From SAR86 cluster bacterium (GTDB taxonomy: Bacteria > Pseudomonadota > Gammaproteobacteria > Magnimaribacterales > TMED112), in NCBI GenBank assembly GCA_016779525.1, contig JADHNL010000001.1, forward strand, positions 13,109 to 77,108: 64,000 nt of DNA, written 5' to 3'. Of the stretch, positions 20,508 to 30,508 are shown piece after piece (position 1 is the first letter of the stretch; the number at the start of each line of letters is the position of its first letter). The position numbers and the translations under genes were made by a program. The notes below the pieces were generated by a model. It saw nothing but the letters and a program-made list of their open reading frames with translations, had not been told where the DNA came from and did not search any database.

Positions 20508-21631
20508 TGTCTTATATTTTTACGTCTGAATCAGTTTCAGCTGGGCATCCTGATAAAATTTGCGATCAAATTTCTGATGCTGTCTTGGATGCTTGCCTGA
20601 TGCAAGATAAAAACTCTAGAGTTGCCTGCGAAGTCATGGTCAAAAACAACAATATGATTTTAGGAGGTGAAATTACCACCGCTTCTGATATAGATTACGA
20701 AAAGATTGCGCGCAATGTTGTTAAAGAGATTGGTTACGATGATCAAGAACTTGGTTTTAGTTACGATACCTTTACGTTTACTAATTATATTTCTGAACAA
20801 AGCCAGGATATTAGTCAAGGCATTACACATGGCAAAAAACTTGGATCTGGAGATCAAGGCATTATGTTTGGATATGCTTGTCGTGAGACGCCGGAGTTGA
20901 TGCCTCTACCTATTTCCTTGGCGCACAGGCTCACGTTAAAACATGAAGTACTACGTCAAGATAAGAACTATGGGTTAAGGCCAGATGCTAAATCTCAAGT
21001 TTCTGTTGAATACAGTGATGATTACCAACCCCAAAGAATAGATTCCGTAGTTTTTTCTAGTCAGCATGATCCAGCTTTATCGTTAGCACAATTACGAGAA
21101 CTTATAAAAGAGGAAATTATCATTAAAACACTTCCTCAAGACTTTATAGATAGTAAAACCAAATTTTTTATTAATCCAGCTGGACGTTTTGAAATCGGCG
21201 GACCCGTTGGTGACTGTGGCTTAACTGGCCGCAAGATTATTGTGGATACCTATGGAGGTATGGCTCGTCATGGTGGTGGAGCTTTTTCGGGGAAAGATCC
21301 CTCAAAGGTTGATCGCTCAGCTGCCTATGCATTGCGCAGAGTGGCAAAATCATTGGTAGATGCAGATCTTTGCAAATATTGTGAAGTTCAGGCATCGTAT
21401 GCAATCGGCGTTTGTGAGCCAGTTTCTATATTCATTAATACTTTTGAATCTGAAACTTTAAGCCTTAAGGAAATTGAGCAATTGGTAAAATCAAATTTTG
21501 ATTTAACACCAAGTGGAATTATAAATGATCTCAATCTACTTGAACCTATTTACAAAAAAACAACCAACTACGGACACTTTGGTCGGGAAAACCAAGGCTT
21601 TCTCTGGGAAAAGCCAATTAAATTAGTTTAA
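20507..21631 (+). CDS. metK: S-adenosylmethionine synthase
   Basis: FTSESVSAGHPDKICDQISDAVLDA, GAGDQG-like SGDQGIMFGYA, GGGAFSGKDPSKVDRSAAY. ATG 20507 overlaps the pheT stop (TGATG); the track starts at GTG 20504. Confidence 0.96.
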   Translation: MSYIFTSESVSAGHPDKICDQISDAVLDACLMQDKNSRVACEVMVKNNNMILGGEITTASDIDYEKIARNVVKEIGYDDQELGFSYDTFTFTNYISEQSQDISQGITHGKKLGSGDQGIMFGYACRETPELMPLPISLAHRLTLKHEVLRQDKNYGLRPDAKSQVSVEYSDDYQPQRIDSVVFSSQHDPALSLAQLRELIKEEIIIKTLPQDFIDSKTKFFINPAGRFEIGGPVGDCGLTGRKIIVDTYGGMARHGGGAFSGKDPSKVDRSAAYALRRVAKSLVDADLCKYCEVQASYAIGVCEPVSIFINTFESETLSLKEIEQLVKSNFDLTPSGIINDLNLLEPIYKKTTNYGHFGRENQGFLWEKPIKLV

Positions 21632-21640
21632 AATTAACAC

Positions 21641-22411
21641 ATGAAAATTACAGTTGTAAGCGGCGGTTTTGACCCAATTCACTCAGGACATATATCTTAT
21701 ATAAAATCTGCTAAAGCATATGGAGACTACTTAATAATTGCTTTGAATAGTGATCAGTGGTTGGTGAATAAAAAAGGTAAAGCCTTTATGCCTTTTGAGG
21801 AAAGAAAATCTGTCCTAGAAAATCTAAAAGAAGTGGATGAAGTAATTGGCTTTGATGACGATGATCTTGGCAGCGCAACTCAGGCTTTAGTAAAAATCAA
21901 AAATATGTACCCCGAAAGTGAAATAAATTTCTGTAACGGTGGCGATAGAGGCAAAGACAACATCCCTGAAATGAAAGTTGATGGAGTGAATTTTATTTTT
22001 AGTGTTGGAGGAGACGATAAAAAAAATTCTAGTAGCTGGATACTAAAAAACTGGCAGTATGATGGCGAAGACAGGGTATGGGGTAATTTTTATAATCTAT
22101 TTGAGTCTGAGGGTATTAAGGTAAAAGAGCTTATAGTAAAACCTGGAAAAGGCATGAGCCTGCAAAAGCATTTTAAAAGAAGCGAAATATGGTTAGTCTC
22201 TGAGGGTCAGTGTGTTGTTAATTATTCAAAAGAATCCCCTGAAAGCACTAAAGAAATAAAGCTTTCTAAGTTTGATCAACTTACGGTTGAGCTGGGTGAC
22301 TGGCATCAGATAACTAATCCATTTGAAGAGACTTGTAAGATTATTGAAATACAGTACGGCGAAGAGACTGAAGAAGATGATATTGAAAGATATTCTTATT
22401 ATAAAGACTGA
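21641..22411 (+). CDS. Fusion protein: HxGH cytidylyltransferase-fold nucleotidyltransferase plus type II phosphomannose-isomerase-like cupin
   Basis: 256-aa ORF. The N-terminus [17 protein letters not shown] is the HIGH-type motif of the RfaE-II/TagD/CoaD-like cytidylyltransferase fold. The C-terminus [21 protein letters not shown]...WHQITNP...IIEIQYG is a cupin of the PMI type II C-terminal kind. Confidence 0.6.
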   Translation: MKITVVSGGFDPIHSGHISYIKSAKAYGDYLIIALNSDQWLVNKKGKAFMPFEERKSVLENLKEVDEVIGFDDDDLGSATQALVKIKNMYPESEINFCNGGDRGKDNIPEMKVDGVNFIFSVGGDDKKNSSSWILKNWQYDGEDRVWGNFYNLFESEGIKVKELIVKPGKGMSLQKHFKRSEIWLVSEGQCVVNYSKESPESTKEIKLSKFDQLTVELGDWHQITNPFEETCKIIEIQYGEETEEDDIERYSYYKD

Positions 22412-23760
22412 TGCCAGATTTTAAGGTAAAAGATATTAGTCTTGCTGAATTTGGCAGACAAGAAATTTTATTGGCTCAAGATGAAATGCCGGCGCTTATG
22501 GCATTGAGAGCAAAGTACAAAGATGAGCAGCCCCTAAAAGGCGCAAAAATTATGGGCTGCATTCATATGACTATCCAAACTGCAGTTCTTATTGAAACAC
22601 TCATTGATTTGGGTGCTGAGGTGAGATGGTCATCATGCAATATTTTTTCCACACAAGATCATGCCGCCGCCGCTATCGCTGACAAAGGCATCGCAGTTTT
22701 TGCTTGGAAAGGGGAGACGGAAGAAGAGTATGAGTGGTGTCTTGATCAAACAATCAACAAAGATGGAAAGCCTTGGGATGCTAATATGATTTTAGATGAT
22801 GGCGGTGACTTGACAGTAAAGGTTCATAAAGAATATCCAGAGATGTTAGATCTTATTCATGGTATCTCTGAAGAAACAACAACTGGCGTTAAACGTTTAA
22901 AGGAAATGTTAGCAAATGGAGATTTAAAAGTTCCAGCAATTAATGTCAATGACTCAATCACCAAATCAAAAAATGATAACAAGTATGGCTGTCGTCACGG
23001 ACTTGATGATGCTATTAAACGTGGGACTGATATGCTGCTTTCAGGAAAGAAAGCATTAGTTATTGGTTATGGTGATGTAGGCAAAGGGTCGGCAGATGCA
23101 CTTAATCAGCAAAAAATGATAGTAGACATTACTGAAGTAGATCCAATCTGTGCAATGCAGGCTTGTTTTGATGGTTTTTCAGTAGTGTCACCATATAGGG
23201 ATGGCAAAGTATCAGATTCTGGATCTAATGTTGATAAAGAGCTCCTCAAAAAATACGATCTTATCGTAACAACAACAGGAAACATTAACGTTTTAGATAG
23301 ATATATGCTTGATTGTTTAAAATCTGGTTGTGTCATATGTAATATTGGGCATTTTGATAATGAAATTGATATTAAGTACTTAAGAACTTTTAATTGGTAT
23401 GAGGTGAAACCTGGCGTTCACAAAATTCAAAGAGGTGAAGGTAGTTATTTATTATTATTAGGTGAGGGCCGGCTTGTAAATCTTGCTTTAGCAACAGGTC
23501 ATCCAAGCAGAGTTATGGATGGATCATTCTGTAATCAAGTTCTTGCCCAAATTTTCTTATTTAAAGAGGGCTTTGCTCATAAAAAAAATAAAGACAAAAA
23601 GCTTTATGTAAAAGTTTTACCTAAAAAATTAGATGAAGAGGTGGCCAGACTTATGGTTGAGGGGTTTGGAGGGACAATTACCCAACTTACCAATGAACAG
23701 GCCAATTATATATCAGTCGGAAAAAATGGACCTTTTAAAAATGATGATTACTCATATTGA
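22411..23760 (+). CDS. ahcY: Adenosylhomocysteinase
   Basis: 449-aa ORF with [39 protein letters not shown] and the NAD site [11 protein letters not shown]. Confidence 0.96.
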   Translation: MPDFKVKDISLAEFGRQEILLAQDEMPALMALRAKYKDEQPLKGAKIMGCIHMTIQTAVLIETLIDLGAEVRWSSCNIFSTQDHAAAAIADKGIAVFAWKGETEEEYEWCLDQTINKDGKPWDANMILDDGGDLTVKVHKEYPEMLDLIHGISEETTTGVKRLKEMLANGDLKVPAINVNDSITKSKNDNKYGCRHGLDDAIKRGTDMLLSGKKALVIGYGDVGKGSADALNQQKMIVDITEVDPICAMQACFDGFSVVSPYRDGKVSDSGSNVDKELLKKYDLIVTTTGNINVLDRYMLDCLKSGCVICNIGHFDNEIDIKYLRTFNWYEVKPGVHKIQRGEGSYLLLLGEGRLVNLALATGHPSRVMDGSFCNQVLAQIFLFKEGFAHKKNKDKKLYVKVLPKKLDEEVARLMVEGFGGTITQLTNEQANYISVGKNGPFKNDDYSY

Positions 23761-23882
23761 ATATTCATATAATTAATTAAATTTTTTATGGCTTTAAATG
23801 CCCGATAGCTCACTGTAAATGCCAAAAATTTTTGATAAGTGTTAAATTAATACCATATTCAACTTAAATCAAAAAAATTAGA

Positions 23883-24455
23883 ATGAAAAAATATAGTTGC
23901 CTTGCAGATCAGGTACATACTCTTGGTGATTATTTAATTAGACCTGTTCAAAATGAAGAAATAAATCAAATTAGGCTCTGGAGAAATGAGCAGATAGAAG
24001 TTTTAAGACAAGACAAACTCATCAATAAATCAATGCAAATAGATTATTTCAAGAGAAAAATATGGCCACAGTATAAAAAAGACAAGCCAGAACAAATCTT
24101 GCTATCTATTTATAAAAATAAAATTTTTATAGGCTATGGAGGTCTAGTTTATATCAATTGGGATAATTTATCGGCAGAGGTGTCATTCTTATTGTGTACA
24201 GAAAGAATGAGCAAGCATGAACTGTATTCAAAAGATTTCAAAAGCTTTTTAACACTAATAAAATACCTAGCAACCAAAGAGCTTAATCTAAATTATTTAA
24301 CATCCGAAACTTATGTTTTCAGAAAAAAACATATAGAGATTTTAGAAAATGCATCATTTGAAGCTTATGGAGCAAAAGAAAATACGTTATCAATGCAAAA
24401 TAAAAAGTATGATTCAATATTGCATAAATGTAATCTTCAAATAAACACAAAATAA
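23883..24455 (+). CDS. GNAT-like N-acetyltransferase, PseH-like
   Basis: 190-aa ORF. LIRPVQNEEINQIRLWRNEQ carries the (I/L)xxWRN motif I associate with PseH-type GNATs of pseudaminic-acid pathways. It is in the same locus as pseI/B/C/F. Similarity is weak, so the family-level call is tentative. Confidence 0.45.
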   Translation: MKKYSCLADQVHTLGDYLIRPVQNEEINQIRLWRNEQIEVLRQDKLINKSMQIDYFKRKIWPQYKKDKPEQILLSIYKNKIFIGYGGLVYINWDNLSAEVSFLLCTERMSKHELYSKDFKSFLTLIKYLATKELNLNYLTSETYVFRKKHIEILENASFEAYGAKENTLSMQNKKYDSILHKCNLQINTK

Positions 24456-24456
24456 A

Positions 24457-25146
24457 ATGCAAGAAAACACAATAGATTGGATAAAGCATCACTTTAAACA
24501 GGTAGAAGCCATTTTTTTCGACTTTGATAATACTTTGGTTGATGAAAATTATTCAGTCAAAAATAGGTGGGATGTAATACTTGCCAAATATCAGAACATA
24601 ACTAATAACAACAAGCTAAGAGAAACCTTTTTTAAAATTTATAAAGATAAGGGCCAAGATTATAAGTATCATGTTGACGATGCACTCGATTGTTTAAATA
24701 TTAGCAAGAAATATAAAAAGAGTATTATTGATGAATTTCTTTGCCAGACATCTACTGATGAATCTGTTTATCCCTATGCAGAAGAAGTGTTAGAAGTGCT
24801 TTCAAACATGCATTTAAAATTAGCAATGTTTACAAATGGTTTAAAAAAAAATCAGGAACATAGGATTAAAATTTCTGGTATCTCAGACTTTTTTAAATAC
24901 ATTCAGTATGGTGACACATATAAGCTTAAGCCAGACCTAAATAGCTTCATGATGGTTTCTAAGGAGCTTAACTTATCTAACAAAAGAAAGTTTATAATGA
25001 TAGGCGACAGCTATAATGACGATTTTTTAGGGGCAAAAAGATGTGGTGCTGAATGTATTTTGATAAATTCAGAAATAAAAAATAATTTTTCAAGTCCTGT
25101 ATATTCTTCTTTAAAAGAGCTTTATGAGGATTTAAAACAAATATGA
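24457..25146 (+). CDS. HAD-superfamily hydrolase (subfamily IA-like)
   Basis: 229-aa ORF with motif I FFDFDNTLVD, a capped middle region, and motif IV MIGDSYNDDFLGA. Confidence 0.7.
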   Translation: MQENTIDWIKHHFKQVEAIFFDFDNTLVDENYSVKNRWDVILAKYQNITNNNKLRETFFKIYKDKGQDYKYHVDDALDCLNISKKYKKSIIDEFLCQTSTDESVYPYAEEVLEVLSNMHLKLAMFTNGLKKNQEHRIKISGISDFFKYIQYGDTYKLKPDLNSFMMVSKELNLSNKRKFIMIGDSYNDDFLGAKRCGAECILINSEIKNNFSSPVYSSLKELYEDLKQI

Positions 25147-26381
25147 GCAAATGTAAAAAAGATATGAAAGATGGAATATTAATAATCGGAGGAGGTCTTT
25201 TACAAATACCTGCCTTAATAAAAGCACATGAGCTAGGGCTTACAACACATTTAACTGATATTAATAGCAAATGTGCTGCAAGAGATTATTGTGATTATTT
25301 CTATGAAGTGGATATAAATGATTACGAGAAAACAGCAGATCTTGCTGTTAATCTGGTAACTCAAAATAAAATATCAGGAGTATATACACAAGGAACAGAT
25401 GCAGAATACACTGTTGCATATGCTGCTGAGAAAGCAAAGCTTTTTACAATTGGAGCTACCACTGCAAGAAAATCAAAGAATAAAGCCCTCATGAGAGACG
25501 CATTATCTGAGGCTGGTGTAGAAAATGTTAAATATAAAAAAATTAGTTGTTTTGATGAGTGTTTAAATGCTGCTGAGGAAGTTGGTTACCCTCTTTATAT
25601 GAAACCAACTGATAACTCTGCATCAAGAGGAATATCAAGGGTAAGCAATGCCAAAGAATTAAAAGATGCTTATGATTTTGCTGAAAAAAACCTTTTAAAT
25701 GAATCTGATATTTTATTAGAAGCTGAAATCATAGGAACTGAGCATAGTGTTGATTGTGTCATGTTTAATGGAATTCTTTATCCAGCAGGAATATCAGATC
25801 GTGTATTTCTTGAAAAAAATATATTTGCTGTTCAAACAGAGTCTATTACCCCCTCACTTTTGCCCTCAAAAATTCAAAAAGAAATGTATGAAAAGATGGA
25901 AATGGCAGCTGATGCAATTGGCATAAGATTTGGAGCTTTTAAAGGTGATCTTGTGGTTGATAGCAATAATAACGTTAGAATTATTGAAATCACTGCTAGA
26001 ACTTCTGGTGGTTTTGACTCTCAATATAGAAAACCTTTGTCGTTTGGTATAGATATATTAAAAGCAACAATTGACATTTCTATGGGAAAAAAACTTGATG
26101 TTCTTGATTTAATACCTAAGCATTTCTATAGATCTAAGACATATAGTCTTATGCCTCAACCAGGCAAGATAACTTCAATTGAGGGTCTTGAAGAGGCAAG
26201 AAAAATTGAAGGAGTTTATAAAATATTCATGACAAAAAATATTGGAGATATAATTCCTGAATATAAAGATTGTTCCATAAGGACAAATTTCATTACTATT
26301 TGTGCAAAAGACTCAGAAACATTAAGAAAAATTCAAGAGCAAGTTCACAAGACATTTAAAATAAAGACCTCTCAAGATTAA
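25143..26381 (+). CDS. ATP-grasp domain ligase (carboxylate-amine ligase type)
   Basis: 412-aa ORF. It has a pre-ATP-grasp Rossmann-like N-terminus (ILIIGGGLLQIPALIKA), then KALMRDALSEAGV...GYPLYMKPTDNSASRGISRV and IIEITARTSGG, as in ATP-grasp enzymes. Confidence 0.7.
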   Translation: MSKCKKDMKDGILIIGGGLLQIPALIKAHELGLTTHLTDINSKCAARDYCDYFYEVDINDYEKTADLAVNLVTQNKISGVYTQGTDAEYTVAYAAEKAKLFTIGATTARKSKNKALMRDALSEAGVENVKYKKISCFDECLNAAEEVGYPLYMKPTDNSASRGISRVSNAKELKDAYDFAEKNLLNESDILLEAEIIGTEHSVDCVMFNGILYPAGISDRVFLEKNIFAVQTESITPSLLPSKIQKEMYEKMEMAADAIGIRFGAFKGDLVVDSNNNVRIIEITARTSGGFDSQYRKPLSFGIDILKATIDISMGKKLDVLDLIPKHFYRSKTYSLMPQPGKITSIEGLEEARKIEGVYKIFMTKNIGDIIPEYKDCSIRTNFITICAKDSETLRKIQEQVHKTFKIKTSQD

Positions 26382-26426
26382 GCATATATTTTGCACATCA
26401 AATAATTTATAATTCTCAGAAATTCA

Positions 26427-27410
26427 ATGAAAAAGCTTAGTACAGGTATTAATGGTTTTGGAAGATTTGGTCTTCATTTATTGAAGTATTGGCTTGAAAG
26501 AAGTGAAGATGCAAATTTTAAGATAGATTTTATTAACGATGATTTCCTTAGTCAAAATAAACTTCTAGACATTATCAAAAATGACAAATATGTAACCTTC
26601 AACAAATATAAAATAAAATTAATAAGTAAAAATTATCTATCGATACTCAAGCCCTCAGGTGAGAGTTTTAAGATTCAAATTACAAATTCAACACCTGATG
26701 ATATCCAATGGCTTGGAAAGCCAGATATTTTCCTTGAATGTTCAGGAAAAAGAACAGTTTCTAAAGAAAATGAACAGTTGATCAAGGGCAATACAAAACT
26801 CATTGTTATATCAGCTACATCTTGGGATATACCAAAAACACTTGTTTATGGCTTCAACCATAATGATTATTCAAAAGACGATAAACAGGTTTCGTATGGC
26901 TCATGTACGGTGAATGCATACGTGCCTCTTGCAAATTATATGTACAAAAAATATAAATATACAAATAGTGATGTTAATGTTGTGCATAATGTAGCAGAGC
27001 ATAAATTAGAAGACACCCTTATACGAAAATTTTGCACGTTAGAAAAATCAGCTCAACAATTCTTCAATCACCTAAATGATAATAACTTTATTGTGAATTA
27101 CACAGTTGTTCCATACACAGGTGTTTCAATGATTGATTTTAGATTTCATATTCCAGATGGAATAAATATTGATGACTTTTTAGAAGAGTTCTCAAATGAA
27201 ATTACAGTTGGTTCATTAAAAGGCTTGTATGGTATGAATGAAACTGACATAGGACCTGAAGTACATAATTGCACAACATTTAGCACAGTATTTATTAAAG
27301 AGAATATTAAGGTTGTTGGTGATTCTCTTTATATGCATGGTTATTTTGACACAGAAAATTCCGTAAACAGGTACTATGATCTCGTTAACTTCATAGCAGA
27401 GAAAAATTAG
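26427..27410 (+). CDS. Glyceraldehyde-3-phosphate dehydrogenase-family paralogue (divergent)
   Basis: 327-aa ORF. GINGFGRFGLHLLKYW compares with GAPDH GINGFGRIGR; FINDDF with INDL; and the catalytic-Cys region YGSCTVNAYVPLA with SCTTNCLAPLA. It is otherwise highly diverged. Confidence 0.55.
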   Translation: MKKLSTGINGFGRFGLHLLKYWLERSEDANFKIDFINDDFLSQNKLLDIIKNDKYVTFNKYKIKLISKNYLSILKPSGESFKIQITNSTPDDIQWLGKPDIFLECSGKRTVSKENEQLIKGNTKLIVISATSWDIPKTLVYGFNHNDYSKDDKQVSYGSCTVNAYVPLANYMYKKYKYTNSDVNVVHNVAEHKLEDTLIRKFCTLEKSAQQFFNHLNDNNFIVNYTVVPYTGVSMIDFRFHIPDGINIDDFLEEFSNEITVGSLKGLYGMNETDIGPEVHNCTTFSTVFIKENIKVVGDSLYMHGYFDTENSVNRYYDLVNFIAEKN

Positions 27411-27429
27411 CTTTTTTAACAATTAACTT

Positions 27430-28479
27430 ATGAAAATTAATAACAAAGTTATTTCTAATGATAATCCTTATCTAATTGCTGAAATGTCTGGTAATCATAA
27501 AAAAGATTTTGCTAGGGCAATTGAGATTATTGATAAGGCCAAAGCTAACGGTGCCGATGCAGTAAAGTTTCAAACATACAAACCTGAAACCATAACAATG
27601 AATATGAAATCAGAAGCTTTCAAAGTTAAAGATAAGTTATGGTCTGGACGATATTTATGGGACGTATACGATGAAGGTTCAATGCCATGGGAAATGCAGG
27701 AGGAGCTTTTTAAATATTGTAAAGAAATATCATTCACTGCCTTCTCTTCGCCCTTTGATTTAACAGCAATAGAATTTCTTGAAAGAGTAGATGTCCCCGC
27801 ATATAAAATTGCGTCATTTGAAATACTAGATTTAGAGTTAATCTCTGAGTGCTGTAAAACAGGTAAACCAGTAATAATATCTACAGGCATGGCAAGTTAT
27901 GATGAAATTGATGATGCCATCAATGTTGCAACAAAATACACAGATAAAAGCAACTTATGCTTGTTACACTGCATATCAGGTTATCCTTCAAAACCTGAAG
28001 ACTATAATTTGAAGAAAATACCTGAATTAAGCAACAGATATGGTGTAAAGGTTGGGTTAAGCGATCACACAGAAGATAACTTAGTTCCACTTCTATCAGT
28101 GCCACTTGGCGCATGTGTTATTGAAAAACATATTACTCTATCAAAGGATGATGGGGCATTGGATAGCAAATTTTCCATGGATCCTAATCAGCTTAAAGAA
28201 CTGTCTGCCAAATTAAATATAGCTAGCAAAACTCTTGAAGGAGAAAAAAGAATTTCTGAGGGAGAGATAAATAATAGACTTTTTAGGAGGTCATTATATT
28301 TTGCAAAAGATCTTAAAAAAGGAGAAGTTATTGATAGGGATGCTATCAAGAGCATAAGGCCTGGCGATGGTTTAAAACCAAAGTATCTGTTAGATGTTAT
28401 TGGGAAGAAAGTATCTCAAGATGTATTTTATGGCACTCCTATTTTGAAAGAAAAAGTTATTGGTTTTCAGGAAAAATGA
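27430..28479 (+). CDS. pseI: Pseudaminic acid synthase (NeuB-family nonulosonate synthase)
   Basis: 349-aa ORF. NPYLIAEMSGNHKKDFARAIEIIDKAKANGADAVKFQTY and YKIASFE match the NeuB family, and a C-terminal SAF domain (IKSIRPGDGLKP) is present. The Pse assignment is by context with pseB/pseC/pseF. Confidence 0.75.
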   Translation: MKINNKVISNDNPYLIAEMSGNHKKDFARAIEIIDKAKANGADAVKFQTYKPETITMNMKSEAFKVKDKLWSGRYLWDVYDEGSMPWEMQEELFKYCKEISFTAFSSPFDLTAIEFLERVDVPAYKIASFEILDLELISECCKTGKPVIISTGMASYDEIDDAINVATKYTDKSNLCLLHCISGYPSKPEDYNLKKIPELSNRYGVKVGLSDHTEDNLVPLLSVPLGACVIEKHITLSKDDGALDSKFSMDPNQLKELSAKLNIASKTLEGEKRISEGEINNRLFRRSLYFAKDLKKGEVIDRDAIKSIRPGDGLKPKYLLDVIGKKVSQDVFYGTPILKEKVIGFQEK

Positions 28480-29525
28480 AAAAAATTATTTTTGCACCCA
28501 CATTTACAGAGGGCCATCAGAGTTCGTTTATGTTTAAATACATAAAAAACATATATGATGACAATACAATTATATACACTCCAAAAAATGACTATCTAGC
28601 TGATTTCAATTCAGTTGTGCAGGAAGATCTTTATTATTTTTTTCAAAATAGTGACCCCAGGCTTTATGAAGGTTTTCTAAATTATTGTGAAAGTATGCCT
28701 AATTCTAAATGCCTAATTCCAAACTTATCCCATCCGGAATTCTTATTATCAGAACTTAATATAAGAAAAGATTTGGATCTTAGACTTAGCACCTTTTCAG
28801 GCCAGTTATTTCATAGATCTAAAGCAAGACGAAAAGTGTTATCAGAACTTTTAAAAAAATTTTCGATAAAAAAAATAATAATACAATCTATTTTAGGTAA
28901 GAACTTTAGGCTACATGAATCAATTAATGATTATGATTTTTCGATCAATAAACATGTATATTTAGATGAACCATTTTATGATGAAGAGTATCTATTTGAA
29001 AAAAATATTGAACAAGAGAATGATAAAGCACTTTACTTCGGGACAATGTTCTATGGGAAAGGAGTTGACATTCTAATAGAGGCAGCAAATTTTATACAAA
29101 GCAATACTAAGTTAACTATAGCAGGTAACTTAAAAACTCAGAATTTTGATATGCCTTCTGTACCAGAAAACATTACCCTTAAAGATAAATACTTTGAAGA
29201 TGAAGAAATGATAGATGAATTCTTAAGTAGTAAATTTATCGTCTTGCCTTATAGAGATACATACAAACATGGAACTAGTGGTGTTTTAGTACAAGCTTGT
29301 AGATCTGGAAAGCCAGTTATTGTTCCAGATATTGCTCCCTTTTCAGATGTTATAAAAAGACATAAAATTGGCATTACTTTTAAGGCAAATGATCCAATAA
29401 GCCTTGCGAAAGCTATTGATAAAATGTCTGCTATGGATATAGGTAAAGAGTTTAAGTATAAGGTTAAAAGCTATATTGCTGAAATGACTACATGGGATGA
29501 TTTAAATAGAGAGGTTTGGAGCTAA
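28476..29525 (+). CDS. GT-B fold glycosyltransferase (GT1/GT4-like); possible PseG-role or Pse-transferase
   Basis: 349-aa ORF. Its C-terminal half (GKGVDILIEAA...LPYRDTYKHGTSGVLVQACRSGKPVIVPDIAPFSDVI) resembles the GT4 EX7E region with substitutions. It lies between pseI and pseB. Confidence 0.45.
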   Translation: MKKIIFAPTFTEGHQSSFMFKYIKNIYDDNTIIYTPKNDYLADFNSVVQEDLYYFFQNSDPRLYEGFLNYCESMPNSKCLIPNLSHPEFLLSELNIRKDLDLRLSTFSGQLFHRSKARRKVLSELLKKFSIKKIIIQSILGKNFRLHESINDYDFSINKHVYLDEPFYDEEYLFEKNIEQENDKALYFGTMFYGKGVDILIEAANFIQSNTKLTIAGNLKTQNFDMPSVPENITLKDKYFEDEEMIDEFLSSKFIVLPYRDTYKHGTSGVLVQACRSGKPVIVPDIAPFSDVIKRHKIGITFKANDPISLAKAIDKMSAMDIGKEFKYKVKSYIAEMTTWDDLNREVWS

Positions 29526-30508
29526 TGTTTAATGGAAAATCTATTTTAATTACTGGAGGTACAGGCTCTTTTGGGAAAGCTTTTTGTAACTTCTTGAGAA
29601 AAAACTATAAGCCACTACGTGTAGTAATTTTTTCTAGAGATGAAATGAAGCAGTGGGAGATGGCAAAGGATTATGATGAAAAGTTCTTTAGATTTTTCCT
29701 TGGAGATGTTAGGGACAAAGATAGACTAAGATTTGCATTGAAAGACGTAGATTTTGTAGTTCATGCTGCTGCGATGAAAATTGTTCCTACGGCAGAATAT
29801 GACCCTATGGAATGCGTAAAGACAAATGTTATGGGTGCAATGAATGTTATTGAAGAATGTCTTCTAGCTGATTCAGTTACAAATGTTGTTGCATTATCAA
29901 CGGATAAGGCTTCATCTCCAATTAACCTTTATGGAGCAACAAAACTTACTTCCGATAAACTTTTTGCAGCAGCAAATAACTTTAAAGGAAAAAAAGATAT
30001 CAAATTTTCGGTCGTTAGATACGGGAATGTAATGTGTTCACGTGGATCAGTAATACCTTTTTTTCAGTCTCTATCTGCAGAAGATGATATACCTATAACT
30101 GACTTAAATATGACTAGATTTATGATTTCTTTAGAGGAAGGTGTTGATCTTGTAAAAATAGCCTTTGAAGACTCTTTGGGAGGCGAAATTTACGTGAGAA
30201 AGATTCCTTCAATGAAGGTGATGGATATTGCTGAAGCTGTCACAGGAAGAAAAGACTTCAAGGAAATAGGAATTAGGCTTGGTGAAAAGATTCATGAGCA
30301 AATGATAAGTGCTGAAGAATCCTATACAACCTATGAATATCAAAACTATTATAAGATTCTTCCTCAATTTAATGATTGGGGCACAGATAAAAATAGAATC
30401 AAAGATGGATCAAAAGTCAAAGAGGGCTTTATTTACTCTAGTGAAACAAATAAAGACTGGATGAGCAATGAGGCTCTCAAGGAATTTCTTGCGAAGAATA
30501 AGCAATGA
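29516..30508 (+). CDS. pseB: UDP-N-acetylglucosamine 4,6-dehydratase (inverting), PseB/FlaA1-type
   Basis: 330-aa ORF. GKSILITGGTGSFGKAF, VIFSRDEMKQWEM, FFLGDVRDKDRL, HAAAMKIVPTAEYDPMECVKTNVMGAMNV and VRYGNVMCSRGSVIP closely parallel H. pylori FlaA1 as I recall it. Confidence 0.88.
   Translation: MELMFNGKSILITGGTGSFGKAFCNFLRKNYKPLRVVIFSRDEMKQWEMAKDYDEKFFRFFLGDVRDKDRLRFALKDVDFVVHAAAMKIVPTAEYDPMECVKTNVMGAMNVIEECLLADSVTNVVALSTDKASSPINLYGATKLTSDKLFAAANNFKGKKDIKFSVVRYGNVMCSRGSVIPFFQSLSAEDDIPITDLNMTRFMISLEEGVDLVKIAFEDSLGGEIYVRKIPSMKVMDIAEAVTGRKDFKEIGIRLGEKIHEQMISAEESYTTYEYQNYYKILPQFNDWGTDKNRIKDGSKVKEGFIYSSETNKDWMSNEALKEFLAKNKQ

Noticed and set aside
20660-20900. Two ORFs of about 65 aa (20660-20857 minus strand, 20706-20900 plus strand) inside metK.
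   Set aside because: They overlap the highly conserved metK frame, and there is no independent support for them.
22300-22420. Looked for an SAH riboswitch upstream of ahcY and a SAM riboswitch upstream of metK.
   Set aside because: ahcY starts at the stop of the preceding gene (TGATG) and metK overlaps the pheT stop, so there is no leader in which an RNA element could reside.
23755-23775. 10-bp palindrome TGAATATTCA spanning the ahcY stop, considered as a possible terminator or operator.
   Set aside because: It is a short all-AT-rich palindrome without a GC stem or T-tract, and is expected by chance in DNA of this composition.
23761-23882. Searched the intergenic leaders of the glycan locus (23761-23882, 34237-34435, 48299-48366, 55252-55302) for a JUMPstart/ops element (GGCGGTAG). 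Also noted a TTGATA-16 nt-CATATT promoter-like pair at 23832-23859.
   Set aside because: I saw no ops sequence. The -35/-10 match is weak and such hexamers occur frequently by chance in AT-rich DNA, so it is not reported as a feature.
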